Of a stretch of DNA of 64,000 nucleotides, positions 1 through 7,699 are shown one piece after another. This DNA comes from an uncultured Rickettsiales bacterium (GTDB lineage: Bacteria; Pseudomonadota; Alphaproteobacteria; Rickettsiales; JABCZZ01): assembly GCA_964454545.1 (NCBI GenBank), contig CAYVTI010000003.1, positions 6,676 to 70,675 of the forward strand, written 5' to 3'. Numbering within the stretch: position 1 is the stretch's first letter; the number at the start of each line of letters is the position of its first letter. A program made the position numbers and the translations under genes. The notes beneath the pieces were generated by a model. The model was not told where the DNA came from. It saw nothing but the letters and a program-made list of their open reading frames with translations, and did no database searches.

Positions 1-86
1 AGGAATGTCCCGGCGTGGAAAGGATAGAATCTGGAATCTTGAAATTCTTCAGATTTCATTTCCGCTAACTATTAATTGGTTAAGTT

Positions 87-695
87 ATGTCTACATCCGT
101 TCTTCCCCCGCTCGTCGGGCTAGGGTTTGATGTCGTGCGCACGCTCCTGTGGGATACGGTCGTGCAGCAATCGCTCTCCGGTAAGGAGACACGTTTTGCG
201 CGCCAGACCTATCCGCGCTGGAAATGGGATCTTGCCTATAATGTGCTGCGCAGCGGCGCAAACTATACGGAATTGCAGCAACTAGCAGGGTTCTTCAATT
301 TACGGCAGGGGCAGTTCGATACATTTTTATATCAGGACGCCGACGATAACAGCGTGACGGGACAGCCCGTAGCTACAGGCGACGGCACGACGACGGGCTT
401 TCAGCTGATACGTTCTTTCGGCGGATTTGTTGAACCGGTGCTGGCTCCCAATACGGTAAGTGCGGTGTATATAAACGGCGTTGTGCAGACCAGCGGATTT
501 TCCATCAGCGCGTGGGGCAGCGCATCTCCGGGCGTGATTACGTTTGCGTCCGCCCCGGCGATCGGCGCTGCCGTCACTGTGGATTTCACCTATTATTTCC
601 CCGTGCGCATGAGCGCGGACAGCGTGTCGTTCAATATGTTTCTTTCCGGTTATTACAAGGCCAAGAAGTTTGGTTTTATTAGTGTAAAAAATTAA
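87..695 (+). CDS. Phage distal tail protein, DUF2460/TIGR02217-like (RcGTA g12 position)
   Basis: ATG at 87, 202 aa. N-terminus MSTSVLPPLVGLGFDVVRT and C-terminal YYFPVRMSADSVSF resemble the DUF2460 phage family. It directly precedes g13/g14/g15-like genes in the canonical order. Confidence 0.75.
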   Translation: MSTSVLPPLVGLGFDVVRTLLWDTVVQQSLSGKETRFARQTYPRWKWDLAYNVLRSGANYTELQQLAGFFNLRQGQFDTFLYQDADDNSVTGQPVATGDGTTTGFQLIRSFGGFVEPVLAPNTVSAVYINGVVQTSGFSISAWGSASPGVITFASAPAIGAAVTVDFTYYFPVRMSADSVSFNMFLSGYYKAKKFGFISVKN

Positions 696-750
696 TGAGC
701 AGAGTTGCGCAATCATCTTCACTCAGCTCTAACCACTCATCCCTCTCTTT

Positions 751-1629
751 ATGAAAACAGCATCCCCAGCCCTCATCAGCCTGCTCGCCTCAAGGCAGTT
801 TTTCTTCGCCGATCTGTACCAGTTCTCGCTGGCTGGAGGCGGGCAGCTCCATTATTGCGGCGGCGATAAGGATATCCTCTGGAACGGCGTCACATGGAGC
901 GCGGGCGGCGGCATGGGGCCGTATTTCGAACGCAAGGACAACAAGGCGAAATGCCACTGGAAAGTAGGCGTGGAAGTGGATACGCTGGTGTTCGACGTAT
1001 TGCCTGGTGCTTCCACCGTCATCGGCGAGCCGTTTTTACCGGCAGTCAGGCAGGGCGTGTTCGACGGCGCTGAATTGACACTCTATCGCGCTTTCATGCC
1101 CGCCTATGGCAATGTTGCCGCGGGAACGGTCATCATGTTCGCGGGCCGCGTTGCGGAAGTGGACGCCAGCGGTTCGCTCGCCACGTTCTCCGTGAACAGC
1201 CATCTTGAACTGCTCAACCAGAACCTGCCGCGCAACCTGTACCAGTCCGGCTGCGTGAACACGCTGTATGATTCCGCCTGCACGCTGAACCAGGCGAATT
1301 TCGCAGTGGCCGGCAGCGCTTCCGGCGGTTCCACCGCAAGCGTCATCAATACATTCTTGACTCAGGCGGCGGGATATTTTGACCTGGGAGTCATTACGTT
1401 TACCAGCGGCATAAATAATGGCGTTTCACGCACGGTGAAAAACTATGCCGGTGGATCGCCATCTGCTGTCAATCTCATTGCGCCGTTTCCTTCCGCACCC
1501 GGCTCCGGGGATGCATTCTCCATCGTACCGGGTTGCGACAAACAGCAATCCACCTGCAGGAATAAATTTTTCAACCTCGTTAATTTCCGCGGGTTTCCCT
1601 ATGTGCCGGAGAACAGCACGGCGGTGTAG
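751..1629 (+). CDS. Phage tail hub protein, DUF2163 plus BR0599-type C-terminal domain (RcGTA g13-like)
   Basis: 292 aa. N-terminus ALISLLASRQFFFADLY. C-terminus CDKQQSTCRNKFFNLVNFRGFPYVPE is typical of the BR0599 domain. Confidence 0.8.
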   Translation: MKTASPALISLLASRQFFFADLYQFSLAGGGQLHYCGGDKDILWNGVTWSAGGGMGPYFERKDNKAKCHWKVGVEVDTLVFDVLPGASTVIGEPFLPAVRQGVFDGAELTLYRAFMPAYGNVAAGTVIMFAGRVAEVDASGSLATFSVNSHLELLNQNLPRNLYQSGCVNTLYDSACTLNQANFAVAGSASGGSTASVINTFLTQAAGYFDLGVITFTSGINNGVSRTVKNYAGGSPSAVNLIAPFPSAPGSGDAFSIVPGCDKQQSTCRNKFFNLVNFRGFPYVPENSTAV

Positions 1630-1713
1630 CGCAATCTCTGTGCCATGCCTTGTTTTCGCTGTGGCCTGGCGAGATCTGAACTGAATGCAATGCAAACAAG
1701 AAAGGACCTTTTT

Positions 1714-1911
1714 ATGACCATCAGAGAAGACATCGCAAGAATCGAAGGGCTTGCTGAGAAGCTGAAGAATGAAATCGAGGTGTGGTTCGAACGGCATTTC
1801 GCAACGCTTGCTCATAATCCGAAACTGGAACAGGCGAAAGCCGATCTGCATGAAATGCTAGGCACGGAGGCAACTGCGCCTGATGCGGCGGCTTCTGCTT
1901 CCGCAGCCTGA
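1714..1911 (+). CDS. Small hypothetical protein (65 aa, helical, Ala-rich tail)
   Basis: ORF opens at 1645. ATG 1714 has AAAGGA 7-8 nt upstream, and ATG 1690 is an alternative start. The stop TGA at 1909-1911 abuts the next start at 1913. No recognisable family. Confidence 0.3.
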   Translation: MTIREDIARIEGLAEKLKNEIEVWFERHFATLAHNPKLEQAKADLHEMLGTEATAPDAAASASAA

Positions 1912-1912
1912 T

Positions 1913-2386
1913 ATGCAAGATACTGAACGTGCGCGGGTGGTGGCGGTTGCGCGTGAATGGCTCGGCACGCCGTATCACACCGGAGGCAGGGTGAAAGATG
2001 CGGGTGTTGACTGCCTGACATTGCTTGCCGAAGTGTTCCATGAAGCGGGACTGGTGGAAAAGATTGACATCCCTTATTATCCAAACGACTGGCACCTTCA
2101 CCGCGCCGCCGAGCGTTACCTTGACGGGTTGCTGCAATATACGCGTGAAATATCCGCGCCGCTTCCGGGTGATATTGCGCTCTGGAAATTCGGCCGTTGC
2201 TTCAGTCACGGCGCGATTGTTATTGAGTGGCCTATCATCATCCACGCTTATGTCGGGCGCGAATGCACGCTTGAGGATGCCTCAAAGGCGAAGTGGCTTA
2301 GCCATATTGGCGAAGATGCCGGAGAAAGCGCAAAACTGAGGCCAGTGCGTTTTTTCAGCGTATTTCTAACCCGTGGCCAGAGTTGA
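1913..2386 (+). CDS. Phage cell-wall peptidase, NlpC/P60 family (RcGTA g14-like)
   Basis: 157 aa from ATG 1913 (ORF opens at 1883). REWLGTPYHTGGRVKDAGVDCLTLLAEVF gives the catalytic Cys context, and FSHGAIV gives the His. Confidence 0.8.
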   Translation: MQDTERARVVAVAREWLGTPYHTGGRVKDAGVDCLTLLAEVFHEAGLVEKIDIPYYPNDWHLHRAAERYLDGLLQYTREISAPLPGDIALWKFGRCFSHGAIVIEWPIIIHAYVGRECTLEDASKAKWLSHIGEDAGESAKLRPVRFFSVFLTRGQS

Positions 2387-2442
2387 GAGTTTAGAGTAGA
2401 GAAAAACTTTTTACTCCACTCTCGCTACTCAACTCTCAATTC
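2376..2442 (+). promoter_or_regulatory. Long imperfect hairpin, copy 1 of a conserved intercistronic element
   Basis: Left arm CCAGAGTTGAG (2376-2386, includes the stop codon of the peptidase). Right arm TACTCAACTCTCAATTCT (2425-2442). The same words recur at 10841-10876. Confidence 0.5.
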
Positions 2443-2463
2443 TAACTTCTCATCACTCATTCT

Positions 2464-5400
2464 ATGTCCTTCCTCGTTGGCATTGCAAGAACGCCGCAGG
2501 CGGCGCAACAGGCGGCTGTGTCCGGCCTGCATCTGCAGAGCTCGGTCTACGGGAAAGCGCTTCCCATTGTTTACGGCACGACGCGCATCGCGCCCAACCT
2601 TATCTGGTATGGGGATTTTGTCGCCGCTCCCCAAAGCTCATCTTCGGGTGGCGGTGGCAAGGGCGGCGTTACCGGGGGCGGAGGCAAAGGTGGCGGCGCG
2701 TCGTCCTATATCTACCAGACGGCGGTGGCGCTGGGCTTGTGCGAAGGGCCGGTGCAAGGCGTAGGCAATGTCTATGTCAGCAAGTCGGTCACGACGATTG
2801 CCGCGCTCGGACTTTCAGAATTTCCGGGGAATTACGGCCAGGCGCCGTGGGGATACCTTGCAGCCAAACATCCGGATCAGGCCATCGGTTACAGCGGCGT
2901 TGCCTATCTTGCTGCAAGCAGCTACCCGCTTGGCAGTAACGCGGAGCTGCCCAACCATAATTTCGAGGTGCAGGGGATTTATTCCACTTCGCTCTCATCA
3001 CTCGGCGTTATCGACGCTGATCCGAGCCTCGTGGTCGCCGACCTGCTTACTAATCCCAACTATGGTGCGGGATTTCCACCGGTGCGGCTGGGAAGCCTTG
3101 GCGTCTATCAGTCATACTGCCTTGCGAACGGCCTCTGGATTTCGCCCGCCTATGTCACGCAGGCGCAGGCATCGTCAATGCTTGATGATCTTGCGAAGGC
3201 GACCAACAGCGCATTCGTCTGGTCGGGCGGAGTGCTGACGCTTGTGCCTTACGGCGATCAGAGCATTACTGCGAATGGATATGGTTACACTGCGCCTTCC
3301 GTGCCGCTTTACGATCTGACCGATGACGATTTCATGGAAAATAAAAATACGGTGGCAGGAGAAAAAAAGGATGCCATATGGCTTATGCGCAAGCGCCCAA
3401 GCGATGCGCTTAATTCGGTGAAGGTGGAATGCCTTGATCGCGCCAACTCCTATAACCCGGCGGTGATCGAGGCGAAGGATCAGGCGCTCATAGGGCAGTT
3501 CGGACTGCGCCAGTCCTCCTCCGCCCAGATGCACCTGTTCGCCGATATGAACGCCGCGCGCGTGTCGGCGCAGCTCCAGCTGCAGCGGCAATATATCCGT
3601 AATATCTACCAGTTTACGCTCGACCAGCGTTATGTGCTGCTCGATCCGATGGATATCGTGACATTGACTGATCCAGGGCTTGGCCTTAACAGGCAATGGG
3701 TGCGCATTACCGAAATCACCGAGAATGACGACGGATCGCTTTCTTTCACCGCCGAGGAATATCTTTCCGGCACCGGCAGCGCGCCGCTTTACAGCTATCA
3801 GTTGGGGCAGGGTTACGCCAATAATTACAATGCCAGCCCCGGCAATGCCAACGCGCCGGTGATTTTCGAGCCGACCGCGGAACTCGCCGAAAGCCTGGAG
3901 GTATGGCTTGCGGTAAGCGGCGGCGCGTTCTGGGGCGGGTGCGACGTCTATATTTCCAACGATGGCAACAGTTATAAACTGGCCGGACGCATCAACGGTT
4001 CGGCGCGTACCGGCGTGCTCACCGCAACGCTGCCTTCCACCACCGCGAATGGAACAGGGCAGACGATCGATGTCACGAATACGCTCTCGGTTGATTTATC
4101 GCAGAGCAACGCGCAATTGCTTTCCGGCTCTCAAAGCGACGCCGTGGCGCTCGCAACGCTTTGTTATGTCGATGGTGAATATATCGCCTACCAGAACGCA
4201 ACGCTCACCGGCAGCAACCGGTATAATCTGGGCTGGCTGGTGCGCGGCGCTTACGGCACGGGCGTTTCGCAGCACTTAAGCGGCAGCAGTTTCGCACGTC
4301 TCGACAGCGGCATCTTCAAATATGCGTTCCCGCAGAATTACATCGGCTCGACCATTTACATCAAGTTTGTTTCTTTCAACATCTATGATGGCGGCCTGCA
4401 GACGCTTGCCGAGGTGCAGCCTTATGCCTATATGATCAAGGGCACGGCGTTTTCCTCGCCACTGCCCACGCCGCAGAATTTGCGCACGTCCTACGTGGCG
4501 TCGCTCACCCAGCTCATGTGGGACGCGGTGCAGGATTTCCGCAGCGTCCAGTACGAAGTGCGCAAGGGCGCGGCATGGAACGGCGCGCAGGTGCTGGGGC
4601 GTACGATCTACCCGCCCTTTACCCTGCAAGGGGACGGCACATACTGGGTCTCGGCCTACAGCCAGCCGCTGGCAGGACTGCAGGTCTACAGCGAAACTCC
4701 GGCGAGCCTTGTCGTCTCAGGCTCGGTGATCACGAGCAACGTCATCGCAAGTTACGACGAACAGGCGACCGGCTGGAGCGGAACGCTCGGAGGCACGGCG
4801 GTGGTTGCGGGCAGCAACGTCATCACCACGGGCTCCGGCAATATCTTAAGCGACGCAGATTTCCTCGGCACGGGCAATGTCTTATTTTACGGCGGCGGTG
4901 GCAACGGCACCTATGAAATTCCCGGAGCGCACCAGATCGACATCAGCCGTGCAGCGCCCTGCCAGGTGCTCGTCACCTGGACATCGCAGGGCGTCAAGAT
5001 CACTGACAATATCCTTGCGGTGTATGATTATCTGGGCGACACGGATGTTCTTGACTGGGCGGCTTCGGCCAACACTAATGTCTATCCGGAAATCGCGCTG
5101 TCGCAGAATGGCACGACATGGTCAGCGTGGCAAAAATATGCCGCGGGTACTTACAACGCACTTAAATTCAAGGCGCGGATGCAGATTCAGGTGAACGATC
5201 CACAGGTGCAGGCGATACTCTCCGGCTTCGTGTTCTCGGTAGACGTGCCCGACCGCGACGATCATTATGTGAACAAAAGCATCGCTGCGGGTGGCACCAC
5301 GATCACTTTCATGCCGGACGGCTCCGCCACCGCGACGCCATTCAACGGCGGCCCGGCAGGCTCGCCAACGCAGCCTGCCATACAGGTTACGATTCTGAAT

Positions 5401-5520
5401 GCGCAGGCAGGCGACCTTGCGATCGTAAGCAGCGTGAGCCTTTCGAGCTGCACCGTGCAGATCCTGAACGGTGGTGCAGGGGTGGTAAGGAATGTGAATT
5501 TACTGGTGCAGGGGTATTAG
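2464..5520 (+). CDS. Host-specificity / central tail fibre protein (lambda gpJ-like, RcGTA g15-like)
   Basis: 1018 aa. N-terminus GLHLQSSVYGKALPIVYGTTRIAPNLIWYGDF followed by a Gly-rich linker (GGGGKGGVTGGGGKGGG), typical of Phage-tail_3 type proteins. It occupies the position after the g14-like gene. Confidence 0.8.
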   Translation: MSFLVGIARTPQAAQQAAVSGLHLQSSVYGKALPIVYGTTRIAPNLIWYGDFVAAPQSSSSGGGGKGGVTGGGGKGGGASSYIYQTAVALGLCEGPVQGVGNVYVSKSVTTIAALGLSEFPGNYGQAPWGYLAAKHPDQAIGYSGVAYLAASSYPLGSNAELPNHNFEVQGIYSTSLSSLGVIDADPSLVVADLLTNPNYGAGFPPVRLGSLGVYQSYCLANGLWISPAYVTQAQASSMLDDLAKATNSAFVWSGGVLTLVPYGDQSITANGYGYTAPSVPLYDLTDDDFMENKNTVAGEKKDAIWLMRKRPSDALNSVKVECLDRANSYNPAVIEAKDQALIGQFGLRQSSSAQMHLFADMNAARVSAQLQLQRQYIRNIYQFTLDQRYVLLDPMDIVTLTDPGLGLNRQWVRITEITENDDGSLSFTAEEYLSGTGSAPLYSYQLGQGYANNYNASPGNANAPVIFEPTAELAESLEVWLAVSGGAFWGGCDVYISNDGNSYKLAGRINGSARTGVLTATLPSTTANGTGQTIDVTNTLSVDLSQSNAQLLSGSQSDAVALATLCYVDGEYIAYQNATLTGSNRYNLGWLVRGAYGTGVSQHLSGSSFARLDSGIFKYAFPQNYIGSTIYIKFVSFNIYDGGLQTLAEVQPYAYMIKGTAFSSPLPTPQNLRTSYVASLTQLMWDAVQDFRSVQYEVRKGAAWNGAQVLGRTIYPPFTLQGDGTYWVSAYSQPLAGLQVYSETPASLVVSGSVITSNVIASYDEQATGWSGTLGGTAVVAGSNVITTGSGNILSDADFLGTGNVLFYGGGGNGTYEIPGAHQIDISRAAPCQVLVTWTSQGVKITDNILAVYDYLGDTDVLDWAASANTNVYPEIALSQNGTTWSAWQKYAAGTYNALKFKARMQIQVNDPQVQAILSGFVFSVDVPDRDDHYVNKSIAAGGTTITFMPDGSATATPFNGGPAGSPTQPAIQVTILNAQAGDLAIVSSVSLSSCTVQILNGGAGVVRNVNLLVQGY

Positions 5521-5687
5521 AATATTTTGTTCAAGGGACTTGAATCAAAATAGGCTATATGAGTGAATCGAAAAATCCGTATAGCGGCAACAGCAGGCAA
5601 TTGCCTTACCTAAAGACATGAAAGATCATGCACCTAGGTGGGGAATTGAAAGGTTTTAGAGAGTGTCATTTATCTGGCATCCATCTT

Positions 5688-5790
5688 TAATATATCACGC
5701 CAGACGGCGCTCTTGCTGGATGCCATATTACGCTGGCATGACAAGGAAAAACAAATACTTATTCCTTTCCTTATCCAAAACTGAGGTTAA
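5688..5790 (+). repeat. 103-nt intergenic repeat, copy 1
   Basis: By eye about three quarters identical to 50243-50345 over the same 103-nt length. The two copies share an exact 19-mer CGCCAGACGGCGCTCTTGC (5698-5716 = 50253-50271) and the terminal CTGAGGTTAA. Confidence 0.7.
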
Positions 5791-5828
5791 ACGAGAATTT
5801 TTTCTCGTTTGACCATCAACAAATAATC

Positions 5829-5955
5829 GCTCTCCTGCTCACCAGTAGTAATGCTGGTTTGTGGCTGGGGGGCGCAGTGCGTTTCCAGGGTTTTAGCCTG
5901 AAGATTATAGCGAAATCTTCAATGTTCGAGCTAATCCCCCTGCTATTCATTGATT
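5829..5955 (+). ncRNA. Candidate structured RNA element, copy C (homologous to 14251-14386)
   Basis: Hairpin CCAGTA-GTAA-TGCTGG (5842-5857). Outer stem GGCTGGGGGG (5863-5872) / TCCCCCTGCT (5935-5944). Shares the words TCCAG, AAGATTA, CAATGTTC and TTCATTG with copy A. The differences are compensatory or G-U only on the + strand. Confidence 0.35.
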
Positions 5956-6037
5956 CTTATCATTATTCATTATGAAACTTTTGTGTCACTTGTTTATTGC
6001 TGTTTTCATAAGCATGGCAATGGGTTAAAATGCCTAA

Positions 6038-7006
6038 GTGACACAATGGCCTGATATAGATCGCCGTCGTCTGGGCGCGATCAGCATTCTGCTTGGCAAT
6101 GCAGCGGTATTTGCCAATGGCCTCATTGCGAACCGGTTTGGCGAGGACCTGGACATGCGTAATGCTGGGGTGGGGCGCATGGCGTCGGCGGCGCTTACGA
6201 GTGGAGCCGGCCTGATTATCGGACGTTATGGTAGCTCACCGGTAGCCGCGCAGCTCGGGCGGCTTGAGAAGAAGCTTGCCGCTTTCATGAAACGGCACGG
6301 TATGCCGCTTGATGCGGAGCTGCTGAAGAAAGCGGATGAGGAAACCCGCAAGGGCTGGTTCTCTAAGCTTGAGGATTTCGCCTATGATCACCCTATGGAA
6401 TGCGGCAATATTTATAACGCGGTAGCAGCGCTCGGCATGCTGGGCAGCGGGTTTCTGCGCAGGCGGCGCGGCGAATTGCAGTCGGGCAATGCCAATATCA
6501 TCAACTATCTCATGATCCTTGCGGGAACGCTCTGGGGAAAAATGCAGGAAAAGCCGCTGAATTTCGCGGTCTGGCCGTTCCTTGGTGCGGACATATCCTT
6601 TGGCGGGCAGGCCTACGGCGAATATAAAACGGCAAAGCAATTACCGGAAAACAGCTCGCTGCGTCCGTGGATGTTCATCATGTCCGGCATTTCTGCCTTT
6701 ACAATGGTGGCTGCGGTCGTGGGCGATGTCCTGACTGGGTTCAGTTCCAAGAAAGTGGGTGGGAATCCCAAGGATCGCGAAGAGGCGCAGAACGAGCTCA
6801 TTGACAAGGCGGCGCGCATCCTTGCAAGCCAGCCCGTGGAAGTGCAGAGCCAGCTTGCAAAAGAAGCCGCAGAATACTTAAGCCAACAACAAGGATTGCG
6901 CATGGCGGATTTTGACGCCGATGCGCTGGTTTTACGTATCCTGCAGTCCATAGCGCGCCAGCAGGAACTTATCCAGAAAGAAACGCCCCGGCAGGGGCGT
7001 TTTTAA
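6038..7006 (+). CDS. Hypothetical multi-pass membrane protein (322 aa) with a helical, charged C-terminal tail
   Basis: GTG start at 6038. It has several hydrophobic segments (LGAISILLGNAAVFANGLIA, INYLMILAGTLWG, WMFIMSGISAFTMVAAVVGDVL). No family recognised. It lies in an AT-rich cargo island. Confidence 0.5.
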   Translation: MTQWPDIDRRRLGAISILLGNAAVFANGLIANRFGEDLDMRNAGVGRMASAALTSGAGLIIGRYGSSPVAAQLGRLEKKLAAFMKRHGMPLDAELLKKADEETRKGWFSKLEDFAYDHPMECGNIYNAVAALGMLGSGFLRRRRGELQSGNANIINYLMILAGTLWGKMQEKPLNFAVWPFLGADISFGGQAYGEYKTAKQLPENSSLRPWMFIMSGISAFTMVAAVVGDVLTGFSSKKVGGNPKDREEAQNELIDKAARILASQPVEVQSQLAKEAAEYLSQQQGLRMADFDADALVLRILQSIARQQELIQKETPRQGRF

Positions 7007-7085
7007 AGTGTTAACAGTAACCAAATATTAACTATTATCTGATATATTTCTCTCTGTGCCGTATGGGGAATCTTCAGATAGTTTT

Positions 7086-7448
7086 ATGATTATAAAATAT
7101 AAATCACTAATATCCTGCCTTGTGCTCGTTTCAGCTTCTGCCGCGGTTGCAGAGGATAACCTCATCTATATAAGCCAGGCGGGCAATCATAATATGGCCA
7201 GCGTTGCACAGTCGGGAAACAACAACTTCTATGACATATTGCTCACCGGGCAAAATGATGCAGCGAATGTTTCCCAGGGCGGCTCTTATAATACCGCGAA
7301 CCTAACGCAGAGCGGGATAAGCGATCAGATAAAACTGATCCAAAGCGGCAGTAATGATTTTGCTTCCATTACCCAGACCGGGCGTTTCGACGTTGCGGTG
7401 GTTAGCCAGATAGGGAATGGAAATCACGTCAGTATAATTCAGCATTAG
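7086..7448 (+). CDS. Secreted curlin-repeat (CsgA/CsgB-like) protein, orphan
   Basis: Signal peptide MIIKYKSLISCLVLVSASAAVA, then about five S-Q-x-G-x-x-N-x-A-x-V-x-Q-x-G type repeats (ISQAGNHNMASVAQSG, NVSQGGSYNTANLTQSG, LIQSGSNDFASITQTG, VVSQIGNGNHVSIIQH). The ORF opens at 7056. Confidence 0.6.
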   Translation: MIIKYKSLISCLVLVSASAAVAEDNLIYISQAGNHNMASVAQSGNNNFYDILLTGQNDAANVSQGGSYNTANLTQSGISDQIKLIQSGSNDFASITQTGRFDVAVVSQIGNGNHVSIIQH

Positions 7449-7562
7449 AGAGCGTTCTTGATTTAAGTGACTACAAAAACGCTCCCGTTCTTTAATGGCG
7501 CTCAAGCGCCGCGCAGGCTGCGCTCCCCTCTTGGCCGCCAGCCGCAGCTAAAGCTCCTCCCC

Positions 7563-7599
7563 GCATGTTCGTTTTTGTCTGCGACTAAAACGAACATGC
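7563..7599. other. Perfect 13-bp inverted repeat (GCATGTTCGTTTT / AAAACGAACATGC) with an 11-nt loop
   Basis: Read directly from the sequence. It lies downstream of the curlin-repeat gene. No adjacent T-run, so it is not a classical intrinsic terminator. Confidence 0.5.
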
Positions 7600-7699
7600 T
7601 CTAAATCTTAAAAATCGGGAATACGGGAAATCAGGAATTCCCGCCTATTCTCCATTGCCGGCTTCCTGACTTCCCAATTTCAACCTCAAAGGAATCCTT

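Noticed and set aside
1-5520. Calling the region a bona fide gene transfer agent (RcGTA-type) rather than a prophage.
   Set aside because: The g12-g15-like order fits a GTA. However, contiguous fibre, holin-like, endolysin and spanin genes fit a prophage better, and the head/terminase part is outside the window. The question is left open rather than asserted.
5898-5915. Hammerhead-ribozyme-like words CTGAAGA ... GAAA inside element C.
   Set aside because: No stem II can form between the two words. The homologous copy A lacks CTGANGA at that place.
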